Under the pieces are notes generated by a model. That model searched no databases. It was not told the DNA's origin and was given only the letters and a program-made list of their open reading frames with translations. DNA of 61,235 nt, the filler included, from an uncultured Chlamydiae bacterium (GTDB taxonomy: Bacteria; Chlamydiota; Chlamydiia; Chlamydiales; SM23-39), in the NCBI GenBank assembly GCA_937899275.1. It is 5 parts of 5 records of this genome, joined end to end, with 100 filler letters (N's around TTAATTAATTAA, not from the genome) between each part and the next. Parts side by side here need not be neighbours in the genome. Positions count along the whole stretch, not along the records: positions 26,607 to 54,187 come from CALBPE010000110.1; 4 more parts are not named here. The stretch is one strand, 5' to 3'. The translations under genes and the position numbers were made by a program. Shown here piece after piece: positions 26,607-37,671 of the stretch (position 1 is the first letter of the stretch; each line of letters starts with the position of its first letter).

Positions 26607-29600
26607 AGATTCAATAATACTAAGCATGCCTAAGTATTGAGAAAACACCACCACTTTTTGCTTTGCTGCTAATGCTTCTTCTAAAAGCTGCTTAAAAAAT
26701 TCCCATTTGCCCGATTCATGCTTTTCGTATTCTTTGAGATCGCCATAAATCAAGCTAGGATGATTACAGATTTGCTTAAGCTTAGAAAGAAGGGCAAACA
26801 CGTGGGTATAAGAAGACGTCTGCCCCTCTTCTAGCTCTTGCAAAAGAGCGCCTGTTTTTTCTCGGCAAACTTTTTGGTAGAGCATTTTTTGTTCTTCTGA
26901 TAGATCAGAATAAGAAATTTCTTCCATTTTCTCTGGTAAATCGAGGAGCACTTCTGCTTTTTTCCTACGCAAAATAAACGGCCGTATCAGCTTTTGTAGT
27001 AGATCTTGCTTTTCTGTATCGTGGTGCTTTTCAATGGGGTTGATAAATAGCTCTCGGAACCCTTTTTCCTCTGGTAAATAACCGGGAAGAACAACATCAA
27101 AAATTGCTTTTAGCTCCCGCAGACGATTTTCTACCGGTGTGCCTGTAAGACCTAGCTTCATCTTTGCCCGAATTTGCAAAAGAGAGCTATGCGTCTGCGA
27201 TGTATGATTTTTTGCCACCTGGATTTCATCAAAAATCGCTAGCTCAAAAGCATGCGAATCGAGGTTTTCTTTACCTGTGCGCAAAATACCGTACGAGGTT
27301 AAAAGAAGGTCGTAGTTCTGTGAAAAACCTTGTAAAGAGCGCTCTAAGCCGTAATAAATCAACACACGTATATGAGGTAAAAACCGCTCCAATAGATCTT
27401 GCCAGTGATAAATCACCGATGTAGGACAAACCACAATGTACTTACAAGATTGATAGCGGTTTTCTTTAAAAGAAGCGGCTAAAATAGCCATAGCTTGGTG
27501 GGTTTTACCAAGTCCCATCTCATCGCATAAAAGCCCTGATAAACCGTATGAATACAAAAACCACAGCCACTGCAAGCCCAGCTCTTGATAAGGACGCAAG
27601 GTAGATTTTAAGTCGCTGATATCGATGAGACGCTTCGATTCAAATGCGGTAAGTTCACGCATCCATTTCCTTGTCTCCTCTTTCTCAGAAGAGCTGCCCT
27701 CTGGCTCTTGTAGGTTTTCTAAAATACATAAACGGATCCATTCAAGAGTGGTTAAGCGAAGAAGGTTCTTTTTTTTGTTTAAACGCCTTTTGCCAAGAGT
27801 ATGTAGCCATTGAAAACGGGGCTCTTGTAAAAAGAGTAGCCCGGCAGGAGAGTAGTCGCACGCTTTTTTTGCAATGCACGCTTGCCATACATCGGTAACA
27901 TGCCTGATACCGATATCGGATTGATATTCTAAATCTACCAGCCAAAGATCTTGCCGGTTTTTCCTTTCTTTTGTAATGGTTTGCACAATCAACTGGAGAT
28001 AATGGGGTTTTTTCAATCTAGGATCGATGTATGTGGTAAAAGGCTTTAGCCGCTCTAGCTCATACTGCAAAAAAAAGGCTTCTTTTTTTGCAGGGATGAT
28101 TTGTTCTTTTGTAAACGGGTCTGGCAGAGAAAACCTCGGCTCTAGCTGAAAAAAACCATGCCCCTCTACATAACCGTAATTACCAAAAAAATGGATCTTT
28201 TTTTCAGAAAAATAGGGAGCGTATTTCCGATGAGGACGCACAAAAATCTCTTCTGTTTCTGTTAGCGTAATCTCTAATCCAGAAGTCTCTATAGGAGACT
28301 CCATTAAGAAAAAGCCTTTTACCCCTAATAGCTCATCTTTGTATTTATCGAGAAAAGCGGGGATCTCTTCTTTTGCAATGGTCAAACCAGACTGCAGAAC
28401 AAATACCTCTTTTCCCCCCTTTTTTCGGTAAAACCCCTCCCCTTCTAGATAGATCCATTCTCCTAAATCCCATACCGCATCTTCTGTAGATACTTTTGAT
28501 GTAAATACAAGGGCTTTTTCTTCGTTTAACGTATAGTTGAACTCTGCTTCTAAGGATCCAAAATGCGTTTGAAATCCCGCAAACTGATGCAGCCAGGTCC
28601 GGTGCTTTGTCACAAATGCAGCAAGTTTTTCCATGGGTATTAGGGTTTTTTCTCGAAAAAGCCCTTCGTCTTCGATAGCGAAAAATCCCTTCCCTGAGAT
28701 GTAGGCATGCAGCTGAAAAACTTGTGAGTGGGGTTTTTCTAGATCGCCCACCTCGACCAGGTACGGAGCGATCCATAGCCCCTTTTTTTCGATTGTAAGG
28801 TGATACAAAAGCTTTTTTGGCGTGCGATGGAAAGGCGCGTTTTTCAAGTACTTTTCTACTAAGTCTGTATGCTCTTGAAGAAACGGATCGATCTGCTCTT
28901 TTGGAACGCTTCCTTTAGAAAAAAGAGGATCTTTTTTAAAAAACCCTTGTTGAGGAGCAAAGTACCATTCCCCCACTTTTTTTCCAGGCGGGCTTTGGGC
29001 TTTTTCTACAGAAGAGCTATGCAAGAAAAATGTACAGGATGTTTCATCATAAGTCAGAGAATGTAGCCCATGTAAGCTCCCATCTTTTACTTGAAAACGA
29101 CTTTTTACCGTGCGAAGAGATGGAATCAAGTCGGGCCAAGAAGCTTCGGCAATCTCGTAGCAAAAAGAGAAATCGGGAAAATCCACATGGATTTTTTCGG
29201 GCAGAAGATCCTCTTTTTGCGAAAATCGGATCGTATAAGGAGACCTTGCATCTTGAAGTAAAAATACCCATTTAGCGATATCTGACCAAAAAGACAGCTC
29301 AAAGCGCAACGTAATCGACGCTCTTCCTTCTTTATACTCCTGCATTTCTTGGGCTGATAAGTTAGAAAACTTCAATGAAGTCTCTTCTGTTTCTTTGACC
29401 CTTTCCTCGATGATCTCTTGAAGCGCTTTTACAGCTGCAGCTGTTTTTGTTTTAAGTAGAAACGTCTTAGGATTTTTATCTAACGTGTAGGAAAAAAGGC
29501 TGTGTTTTTCTCCCTCTTGCCTTCGCAAAACACTTGTATGGTAACTTGTTTTCTCGGCAATCAGTGAAAAAAGGGCGTACCAAAAAGAGCGCTTATACTG

Positions 29601-29870
29601 CATATGCATCAACTCTTTTTTGGTGATTTTCTGAAAAGCTGCCGCTAAATGAATACAGCCTCGGTGCTTTTCTGAATGGGGGCAAGAACAAAAAAAGTCG
29701 ACTAGATGCGCTTTTTCATCAAATTGCAAAAACGGCCAGTACGTCTCATTATCTTTTTGATCGAAGACCTCTACTTGATACGTTCCCTCAGAAAAGATGA
29801 CATCGACCACCTTAATTGATTGATCGTTTGCCTGAGATAAATACTGGTCGATAGGTGCGGGAGCCTTCAT
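26607..29870 (-). CDS. SWIM-SNF2 family helicase (3' truncated at contig end)
   Basis: N-terminal CSCP...CIH SWIM finger; LRPYQELG, LLCDEMGLGKT, FDEIQ, LTGTPVENRL, FILRRKK, LKQICNHP, KVVVFSQY. Confidence 0.92.
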
Positions 29871-29903
29871 CTCATCCCCTTGAGGTTAGCATGTATACTG
29901 CAC

Positions 29904-31019
29904 TTACCTTAATACCTGTACCGGAGGCACATATTCATAGCGAAGATCTGCGGCTACTTCTTGGTTGGTCACCTTGCCGTAGCACACATTGAGCCCTAGT
30001 TGTAAATTAGGGTCATCTAAAATCGCTTTTCGGTACCCAACATTTGCCATATGCAGTGCATAGGGCATCGTTGCATTAGTTAGTCCTTGAGTAGCGGTCC
30101 TAGCGCAAGCTGCGGGTATATTTGTGACGCAGTAATGCACAATACCCTCTTCTACATACGTAGGATCTGAGTGGGTAGTGGGCCGTGATGTTTCTGTACA
30201 CCCCCCCAGATCAATCGCTACATCAACAATTACAGAGCCTGGTTTCATCTTTTTTAACATAGAGCGGGTAATGAGTTTAGGTGCTGTTTTCCCAGGAAGA
30301 AGAACAGCTCCAATTACCAAATCAGCGTCCGCCACTGCTTTTTCTAGATGCGCCTGCGTAGAAAATACCGTCTTAATTTTTGGGGCAAAAAGCTGGTCTA
30401 AAGCGCGCAGTCTAGGAAGAGAGCGGTCGAAAATAGTAACATCTGCACCAAGACCGATTGCCATCCTCATAGCTTCTGTGCCTACAATACCTCCTCCAAT
30501 GACCACGACATTGCCTGGTAAAACACCAGGAACGCCTCCTAAAAGAACCCCTCTACCCCCTGAAGCCATATGCAGCGCATTAGCGCCTGCTTGCACAGCA
30601 ATTCTGCCAGCGATTTCACTCATGGGGACAAGTAAAGGGAGCCTGCCGTCATAGCCTGTGACGGTTTCATAAGCGACGGCAACTACTTTTTTTTGTACTA
30701 GCGCTTTTGCTTGTTTTGGATCGGGAGCAAGGTGAAGATAGCAAAATAAAAACTGCCCTTCTTGCAGGTAGTCGTATTCAGAAGGCTGCGGCTCTTTGAC
30801 TTTGACAATCATTTCTGAAGAGCGGTAAACCTCTTCTTTATTCTCCAAAATCTAAGCACAAGCTTCTATGATCCATCAAAAGGTAAAGACGAACTGCAGC
30901 CCTGCGTAATTATCTAAAAAAACTACTAGGCTCGACTGAATAAAGATCTTGACAGCATCAGGAGTAAGCCCCACGCGGTATTCGTGATCTTTGACTTCTT
31001 TTGGTATTCCAACTTTCAT
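29904..31019 (-). pseudogene. ald: Alanine dehydrogenase, interrupted by in-frame stops (TGA 30876-30878, TAG 30852-30854); possibly base-call errors
   Basis: ATG 31019 gives MKVGIPKEVKDHEYRVGLTP in frame with the 314-aa ORF ([33 protein letters not shown]). Confidence 0.88.
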
Positions 31020-31809
31020 AACTTTCTCCAAATCCGTTACACGTCAATTGCGGAAATCCGACTAAGCGAATGCGTGTGATGTGGTTGATTTTATCTTGTT
31101 GATCCTCTTCTTCTAGATGCACTTGCAAAAACCCGCCCAAAGAACGGATGATGAAAGGTCCTTTTTCATTATGCAAAAAATACAAAATCGAAGCAATAGC
31201 CGAACTTGCGCTACCACACCCGTAAGTGCAGCTTTCCACGCCTTTTTCATAGGTTTTCACCCATAGATGATCGCCTTGGCTTTCTACAAATGTGATATTT
31301 GCATCAAATTGCATCCTTAAATCCTTAAGCGCTTCTAAAGAAGGGGTGATGCCAAAAACGACGGCGTGTTTTACGCCTACAGTGATGCAGTGCACCTCCC
31401 AAGAACCGTAAAGATGCGTATAGGTATGCATAGCGTAATCAGATGGAAAAATCGGATCTTCCAGTACGCAGGCATATAAATCCTCTTTTTCTGGATAGAC
31501 AAAAGATCCGCTCATCTTCAGCTGAATTTTTGCAGGTTTATCCACATGTTTCGCTACGCAAAGAAGAGCGTTTCCACAAAAATCTGCTTGCCTGCCATCT
31601 GCATTAAAATAGCGAAAAGAGTAGGAATCGTCTTTTTTCCCGAGAAGGACGCACCCATCTGCGCCAATACCAAACCTTCTTTGGCAAAGCGCTCTTATCC
31701 AGCCTGCTAAATGTTCTTCAGAAAGGCTCTGCAAATAGAAAGAATCTTCCTTAAAAACAAAGTCATTCCCCGTGCAATGGTACTTCCAAAAAGGCGAAGC
31801 AAAAGACAT
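30958..31809 (-). CDS. dapF: Diaminopimelate epimerase
   Basis: KYHCTGNDF, RRFGIGADG, FNADGRQADFCGNA, TYEKGVE...GCGS; chlamydial glyA-clpP-dapF order. Confidence 0.88.
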   Translation of the reverse strand: MSFASPFWKYHCTGNDFVFKEDSFYLQSLSEEHLAGWIRALCQRRFGIGADGCVLLGKKDDSYSFRYFNADGRQADFCGNALLCVAKHVDKPAKIQLKMSGSFVYPEKEDLYACVLEDPIFPSDYAMHTYTHLYGSWEVHCITVGVKHAVVFGITPSLEALKDLRMQFDANITFVESQGDHLWVKTYEKGVESCTYGCGSASSAIASILYFLHNEKGPFIIRSLGGFLQVHLEEEDQQDKINHITRIRLVGFPQLTCNGFGESYESWNTKRSQRSRIPRGAYS

Positions 31810-31818
31810 GAAATGGGA

Positions 31819-32406
31819 TTACTCAAGTTCTTTAGAAGACAAAATTACCCGGTCTAATAGACCAAATTGCAGCGCTTCGTCTGCAGACATCCAATTATCT
31901 CTATCGATTGCAAGGTCAATCTCTTCAAAAGACTTTCCAGTAGACTCTGCATAGATCGATACAATTTGTTGCCGCGTTTTCAGCATTTCTTTTGCTTGAA
32001 TTTCTAAATCGGTTGCCTGACCTCGGATTACCCCTCCAATCAAAGGTTGGTGGATCATGATCCTAGAATTTGGAGTGGCAAAGCGCTTACCTTTTGCAGC
32101 AGAAAGGCTCAGTAAAGATCCCATAGACGCCGCAAGGCCAGATACAATGGTGGTAACCGGCGATTCAATCATCTGAATTGTATCCCAAATCGCAAAACCT
32201 GAGTCTACCGATCCTCCAGGAGAGTTGATGAAGAACAAAATGGGTTTGCCTGGATTTTTCCATTCAAGGTACCACAGCTTACGCACAAGGTCTTTTGCAG
32301 AATCAGAATCGACTTCTCGAGACAAAAAGATCCGTCTTTTCTCTAGAAACGCTTCTTCAATTTTATCATTCATGAATTTGTACGACTGCGCTGTATCTTG
32401 TCCCAT
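31819..32406 (-). CDS. clpP: ATP-dependent Clp protease proteolytic subunit
   Basis: [39 protein letters not shown]. Confidence 0.96.
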   Translation of the reverse strand: MGQDTAQSYKFMNDKIEEAFLEKRRIFLSREVDSDSAKDLVRKLWYLEWKNPGKPILFFINSPGGSVDSGFAIWDTIQMIESPVTTIVSGLAASMGSLLSLSAAKGKRFATPNSRIMIHQPLIGGVIRGQATDLEIQAKEMLKTRQQIVSIYAESTGKSFEEIDLAIDRDNWMSADEALQFGLLDRVILSSKELE

Positions 32407-32442
32407 TGGCTGACTCCTATTTTTTTTCTTTATAACATAGAG

Positions 32443-33936
32443 CTACATTGTTTGACAAAGCTCTTCATCGAAAAGAAGCTCTGGATAGACGGGAAACTCC
32501 CCTGTCAACTGTTCGATTTGTTTTTGCGCTTTTTGCTTTTCTTCTGGATCGGTAAGCACATCTACTCGGGATAACGCGCCATTTTCCTTCTTAGGTTTGG
32601 TATGGCTAAGCGCCCTATGAATTGCATCGGCAATCATCTGCATTTGCGTTTCTTTCATTCCAATTGTGGTTAACGCAGGAGTACCTAGGCGAAGACCTGA
32701 GGTAATCCAAGGACCATTTGGATCTTGAAAAATCGCATTGCGGTTTGCGGTAATCCCAATCTCTCGAAGTACGTTTTCTGCCGCTTTTCCCGTAAGACCG
32801 TAACTAGAAAATACATCGAGAAGAACCATGTGATTTTCTGTACCTCCGGTAATCACAGACGCTCCATGCTCGACAAAACGCTCTGCTAAAGCGTGGGCAT
32901 TTTGGACAATTTGCGATGCATACTCTTGAAAAGAGGGATCTAACGCCTCTTTAAACGCAATAGCTTTTGCTGCCATTACATGAGGCATAGGCCCGCCGAT
33001 CACCAAAGGACACCCTTTTTTTACCGCTTCGGCAAATTCTTGTTTGCATAAGATGAGCCCGCCTCTAGGACCTCGTAACGTTTTATGCGTCGTTGAAGTG
33101 ACAATATCTGCGTATGGAATAGGATTGTGCACCCCGGTAAATGCTTTACCTGCCACAAGCCCTGAGAAATGAGCCATATCGACCATGAGAACGGCCCCTA
33201 CGCTATCTGCAATATTTCGCATTTTTGCAAAATCAATTTTTCTAGGATAAGAAGAGTAGCCTGCAAGTAGGATCAGCGGCTTTTCCTCTTCTACTTGTTT
33301 TTGTATCGCTGCATAATCGATCAAATGCGTTTTACTATCCACCTCATAAAAAGAGGAAATCATCAACTTAGAAGAAATATTATGCCGGTAGCCGTGGGTT
33401 AAATGCCCTCCCGCATCAAGCGACATGCCCACCATTTTTTGATGCAACATCAAATCTCTAAGCGATAGAAATTCTTCTTGCGATAACTCTCCTAGCTTTT
33501 TCCCTTGGTACTGCAGCTCTTTGTCTTGTACGCGAACAGTTAAAATCGCTAAAAATGCGATCAAATTTGCATCTGCGCCAGAATGAGGCTGGACGTAAGC
33601 GCAATCTGCACCAAAAAGCTCTTTTGCATACCCTTCTGCAAGCGCTTCTATCGTATCTACATTTTTACAGCCTGCATAAAACCGCTTGCCCACAGAACCT
33701 TCGCTGTATTTATCTGTCAATAGATTGCCCATGGCAAGCTGCACGGCAAGAGAGCTGTAATTTTCTGAAGCGATCATTTTCAAAAAACTTCTTTGATCTG
33801 TAAGCTCGGCTAAAATAGCCTGCGCAATTTTTGGATCTACCGATTGGATCACATCTAAAGATGCCATAAAAGCAAGAGCGCTTTCTTTTTGATCAAGGTG
33901 TTTAGAGGCTTTTAGATAGTTTTTTAGATAGGACAT
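32443..33936 (-). CDS. glyA: Serine hydroxymethyltransferase
   Basis: IASENY, VQPHSGADAN, GGHLTHG, DMAHFSGL, TTHKTLRGPRGG, SGLRLGTPALT; start at ATG 33936. Confidence 0.96.
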   Translation of the reverse strand: MSYLKNYLKASKHLDQKESALAFMASLDVIQSVDPKIAQAILAELTDQRSFLKMIASENYSSLAVQLAMGNLLTDKYSEGSVGKRFYAGCKNVDTIEALAEGYAKELFGADCAYVQPHSGADANLIAFLAILTVRVQDKELQYQGKKLGELSQEEFLSLRDLMLHQKMVGMSLDAGGHLTHGYRHNISSKLMISSFYEVDSKTHLIDYAAIQKQVEEEKPLILLAGYSSYPRKIDFAKMRNIADSVGAVLMVDMAHFSGLVAGKAFTGVHNPIPYADIVTSTTHKTLRGPRGGLILCKQEFAEAVKKGCPLVIGGPMPHVMAAKAIAFKEALDPSFQEYASQIVQNAHALAERFVEHGASVITGGTENHMVLLDVFSSYGLTGKAAENVLREIGITANRNAIFQDPNGPWITSGLRLGTPALTTIGMKETQMQMIADAIHRALSHTKPKKENGALSRVDVLTDPEEKQKAQKQIEQLTGEFPVYPELLFDEELCQTM

Positions 33937-34036
33937 GGGCTTTCTCCAGTTTTTTCTATCGAAACGGTGAAGTCTTCTTGATAGATTCACCGATTTTTAG
34001 TAAAGTACTAACTAGTCAATTACCTAGGATAAACGG

Positions 34037-34810
34037 ATGCGAGAAAGATTAAAAGTCATTTTAGATATTCAAGAATTAGATATGAAGATGATCCGATTGA
34101 TCCGGCTCAGAAAAGACCGGGGAAAAGAACTCCATCATATCGCATCTCTTCGCTCAGAATTACAAGAACAGCTAAAGGAAAAAGAAGTTGATATCAACAG
34201 CCTTACACTAGAAATCAATCAAAAAGAAACGACGATTGAAGAAACAAAAGCAAAAATCCAGAAGCTAGAAGATAAGCAAAGCAGTGTAAAAAAAGTGGAT
34301 GAATTCAACGCTCTAAACCAAGAAATTACAACCCTTGAAAGGGAAAAAGCAGCAGCTTCACAAAAAACTTCTGATCTAATCGACCAGAAAAATGTTGAGG
34401 AAGAAATTTTACAAAAAATCAAAGACAGCCTGCAAGAATCTGCCGAAAGCAGCCAAGCATTAGAAGAGGAAATCACCTCGAGCATCCAATCGATTAACGA
34501 AGAAGGAAGAGCGTTAAAAAAACAAAGAGATGCGCTGGCTCAAACCGCTGACCCAGAAATTCGAGTCATTTATGAGCGGCTGTTAAAAAATAAAAAAGAC
34601 CGCGTTGTTGTCCCCATTGAAAACCGCACCTGTTCTGGATGTCATATCGCATTAACGGCGCAACATGAAAACCTTGTTCGAAGAGGAGAAAGAATCATTT
34701 TCTGCGAACATTGTTCTCGTATTCATTACTGGCTCGACATCCAACCAGAAGAGGGAAAAACAACCAAAAGACGCCGCAGAAAAAGCGCAAGCGCAGTATA
34801 TGTTTTGTGA
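34037..34810 (+). CDS. Coiled-coil C4 zinc-ribbon protein (CT398/CdsZ-like, DUF164)
   Basis: ILDIQELDMKMIRLIRL, long coiled coil, VVPIENRTCSGCHIAL...FCEHCSRI; directly upstream of rnpB. Confidence 0.88.
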   Translation: MRERLKVILDIQELDMKMIRLIRLRKDRGKELHHIASLRSELQEQLKEKEVDINSLTLEINQKETTIEETKAKIQKLEDKQSSVKKVDEFNALNQEITTLEREKAAASQKTSDLIDQKNVEEEILQKIKDSLQESAESSQALEEEITSSIQSINEEGRALKKQRDALAQTADPEIRVIYERLLKNKKDRVVVPIENRTCSGCHIALTAQHENLVRRGERIIFCEHCSRIHYWLDIQPEEGKTTKRRRRKSASAVYVL

Positions 34811-35144
34811 AAAGCGGGCAATCGCGGGACAACCGTCCTGAGGAAAGTCTGGACTTCATAGAAGAGGATACCAGTGAAAGACTGGGGGCCGTAAGGCTAC
34901 GGAAAGTGCAACAGAAAACAGATCGCCGAATACTATTTGGATAGAATGAAAATGCTAACTTTGTGAGTTAGTCTCTTGTTTGAAGGCAACTTCCAAGAGC
35001 TGCAAACCCTATCTGAAGCAAGACAAAGAGCCCACATACACCGTTCTTCGCGGAGGGCTCTTGCAAAAGTCGCTTGAGCGTTTTGGAGACAAAACGCCTA
35101 GAGGAATGATTGCCATAACAGAATCCGGCTTACCGCTTTTCACA
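34806..35144 (+). ncRNA. rnpB: RNase P RNA (bacterial type A)
   Basis: Conserved blocks GAGGAAAGTCTGGAC, GGGGCCGTAAGGCTACGGAAAGTGCAACAGAAA, TGCAAACCC, GAAGCAAG, AACAGAATCCGGCTTA; 12-bp P1 helix TGTGAAAAGCGG (34806-34817) pairing with CCGCTTTTCACA (35133-35144). Confidence 0.95.
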
Positions 35145-36033
35145 TTTTTTTATGCAAAGGATGCGCCTTTTGATAGACCTCTTCTTTCACCCGCATCGAG
35201 ACTTTTGTGTAAATCGTGGTTGTTTTCACCGAATCAAGCCCTAAAATCTTTTGAATCGTCTTGATGTCCATTCCTTTTTCCAGCCAGTGGGTAGCAATGC
35301 TATGCCGCAAGGTATGCGGCGTAATCGAGGCGCTGAGACCACTTGCTTGCAAATAAAGACAAAAACTTCGATGAATCGACCGCATATGCAGCCTATTTCC
35401 CCACTTATTCAGGAAAACAGCCGATTGATCCCGCATTTTTTTATGCTCTTTTGTATCTTGCAGCCTGCGGGGATCCTCTACATAGGTTTTGAGCCAACAA
35501 GCTGCCGTATCGGTGATCGGAAGAAGGCGCTCTTTTTTTCCCTTACCTCGCACCAATATGCGTCTTTTTTCCAAAAAAAGATCCTGTATATTTAGCTTTG
35601 CAAGTTCCGCAATCCTAAGAGCAGAGCTATATAAAAGCTCCATAATACTGCGGTCGCGAAGGCCAAAGTACGATGTTGTATCAGGTTGAGAAAAAAGCTG
35701 CTGCACCTCCTCGTAGGATACAGCTCGAGGAAGAGATTTTTCTCTTTTCATCCGATATAAGTAGCGTTTTGGATCTTCTTTCAGCCACTTTTTTTTATAA
35801 GCAAATGCGCTAAACGAGCGAAAAGAAGAGAGCTTTCGAAGGACCGTGCTTCTTTTATACCCTTTTTTTCCCAAGTACTCCACATAAGCGCGCACACCTT
35901 CTTTAGTGATTGCACCTTCTGGCAATATTGAAAATCATTCTTTTAAATCGGCCGCATAAGCCCGCAGCGTTTCAGGAGATGCTTTTTTCATTACCTGTAG
36001 ATAGGCAAAAAAATCAGAAATACGTTCTTTCAT
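35140..36033 (-). pseudogene. xerC: Tyrosine recombinase XerC, one in-frame TGA (35935-35937) in the N-terminal domain
   Basis: ATG 36033 gives MKERISDFFAYLQVMKKASPETLRAYAADLKE*FSILPE in frame with the 261-aa ORF; RDRSIMELLYSSALR, GKGKKER, TPHTLRHSIATH, TTTIYT; LGH motif reads LGL. Confidence 0.8.
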
Positions 36034-36090
36034 TTACTTGATTCTCATCCAATCATTTTGGTATTCTATCTTGAAAGGTACTACAAATTT

Positions 36091-37671
36091 ATGATAACTC
36101 TCCACAATCTATCCAAAAAAGTAGGCAGCAGAACGCTTTTCGACAATGTCACGCTTACCTTTAATAAAGGGGCAAGATACGGCCTTACCGGACCTAATGG
36201 CTGCGGCAAATCTACCCTTCTAAAAATCATTATGGGATTTACCTCCCCCGAGTCAGGCTCTGTTTCTCTGCCAGAAAAGGTGGGTTTTCTAAGGCAGAAC
36301 ATCGAAGACTACCAAGATTATTCTGTATTAGACGCTGTGATTGCAGGCAATACCAAGCTGTTTTCTGCTTTCAAAGAAAGAGAAGAGCTATACGAACAAG
36401 AAATGACCGATGCCACAGGCATGCGCCTTGCTGAGCTAGAAGAAATCGTAGCAGAAGAAGATGGGTACACTGCAGAGTCTGACGCAGAAATGCTATTAGA
36501 AGGCATGGGCGTCGATGCAGAGCTTTTTCAAAAACCCCTACGAGAAATCCCATTAGATAAGCAGTTTCGAGCGCTTCTTTGCCAGGCTTTATACGGTAAT
36601 CCCGACGCACTAATTTTAGATGAGCCAACAAACCACTTAGACCTCACTTCCATCGGCTGGTTAGAGCAGTTTCTCATCAATTATAAAGGCGCTTTAATTG
36701 TAGTCAGTCACGATCGACATTTTTTAAATGCCGTGACAACACAAATCGCCGATATCGATTATGAAACCCTCATTATCTACCCTGGTAATTATGATGATAT
36801 GCTCACAGCAAAAACCTCTGTTCGAGAGCGCGCTGAAAACGAAAATAAAGCTAAAGAGAAAAAAGCGGCCCAACTAAGAGAGTTTGTCGCAAAATTTGGC
36901 GCAGGATCTAGAGCATCGCAAGTGCAGTCACGGATACGTGAGATCCAACGCTTAGAGCCAAAAGAGCTAAAAAAATCAAACATCCAAAGACCTTATATCC
37001 GCTTCCAAGATCCAGAAAAAGCCTCTGGACAAATCGTCTACGCTATCAAAGGCCTACAAAAAACCTACGATGAGCACTTGGTCATCGATGGGTTTTCATT
37101 AGATATTGAACGGGGCGATAAAATCGGGGTCATTGGAAGTAACGGCGCTGGAAAAACCACACTACTTAAACTACTACAAGGCGCGCTTGATCCTACTGCA
37201 GGATCTATCGGCTTAGGTCATGGAGTAGAAACAGGATACTTCCCCCAAAACCATCATGAAATCGTAGATAAGTCACATAAAGTCTCGATCTTTGACTGGT
37301 TAAAAGAGCGGACAAACGGAGTCTATGACCAAGACATCCGAGGTGTTCTCGGAAAAATGCTCTTTTCAGGTGACGACGCATTTAAATCTGTTCCCAATTT
37401 ATCGGGAGGAGAAATGGCGCGTTTAATCCTAGCAGATCTCATGCTGAAAAAACCCAACGTCCTGATCTTAGATGAACCAAATAACCACTTAGATCTTGAA
37501 TCGGTATCTGCTCTAGCAGCAGGGGTAGACACCTATCCAGGCACCGCAATTATCGCAGCGCATGACCGAGATCTTCTCGATCAATTTGCTACCAAAATCC
37601 TTAGTTTTGAACCAGAGGGACTCGTTTTCTTCGACGGCACCTTACAGCAGTATTTTGCCTCGAAGTGTTAG
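36091..37671 (+). CDS. ABC-F family ATPase
   Basis: Two ATPase domains (GPNGCGKST...LDEPTNHLD; GSNGAGKTT...LSGGE...LDEPNNHLD), YPGNY linker, no TM segments. Confidence 0.93.
   Translation: MITLHNLSKKVGSRTLFDNVTLTFNKGARYGLTGPNGCGKSTLLKIIMGFTSPESGSVSLPEKVGFLRQNIEDYQDYSVLDAVIAGNTKLFSAFKEREELYEQEMTDATGMRLAELEEIVAEEDGYTAESDAEMLLEGMGVDAELFQKPLREIPLDKQFRALLCQALYGNPDALILDEPTNHLDLTSIGWLEQFLINYKGALIVVSHDRHFLNAVTTQIADIDYETLIIYPGNYDDMLTAKTSVRERAENENKAKEKKAAQLREFVAKFGAGSRASQVQSRIREIQRLEPKELKKSNIQRPYIRFQDPEKASGQIVYAIKGLQKTYDEHLVIDGFSLDIERGDKIGVIGSNGAGKTTLLKLLQGALDPTAGSIGLGHGVETGYFPQNHHEIVDKSHKVSIFDWLKERTNGVYDQDIRGVLGKMLFSGDDAFKSVPNLSGGEMARLILADLMLKKPNVLILDEPNNHLDLESVSALAAGVDTYPGTAIIAAHDRDLLDQFATKILSFEPEGLVFFDGTLQQYFASKC

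Noticed and set aside
34711..35264. ORFs 34711-34944 and 34980-35264
   Set aside because: They lie over the RNase P RNA and the ends of the flanking genes; spurious.
35140..36033. Tyrosine recombinase as a prophage or island integrase
   Set aside because: Size, motifs and housekeeping context fit chromosomal XerC; no phage genes or att repeats seen.
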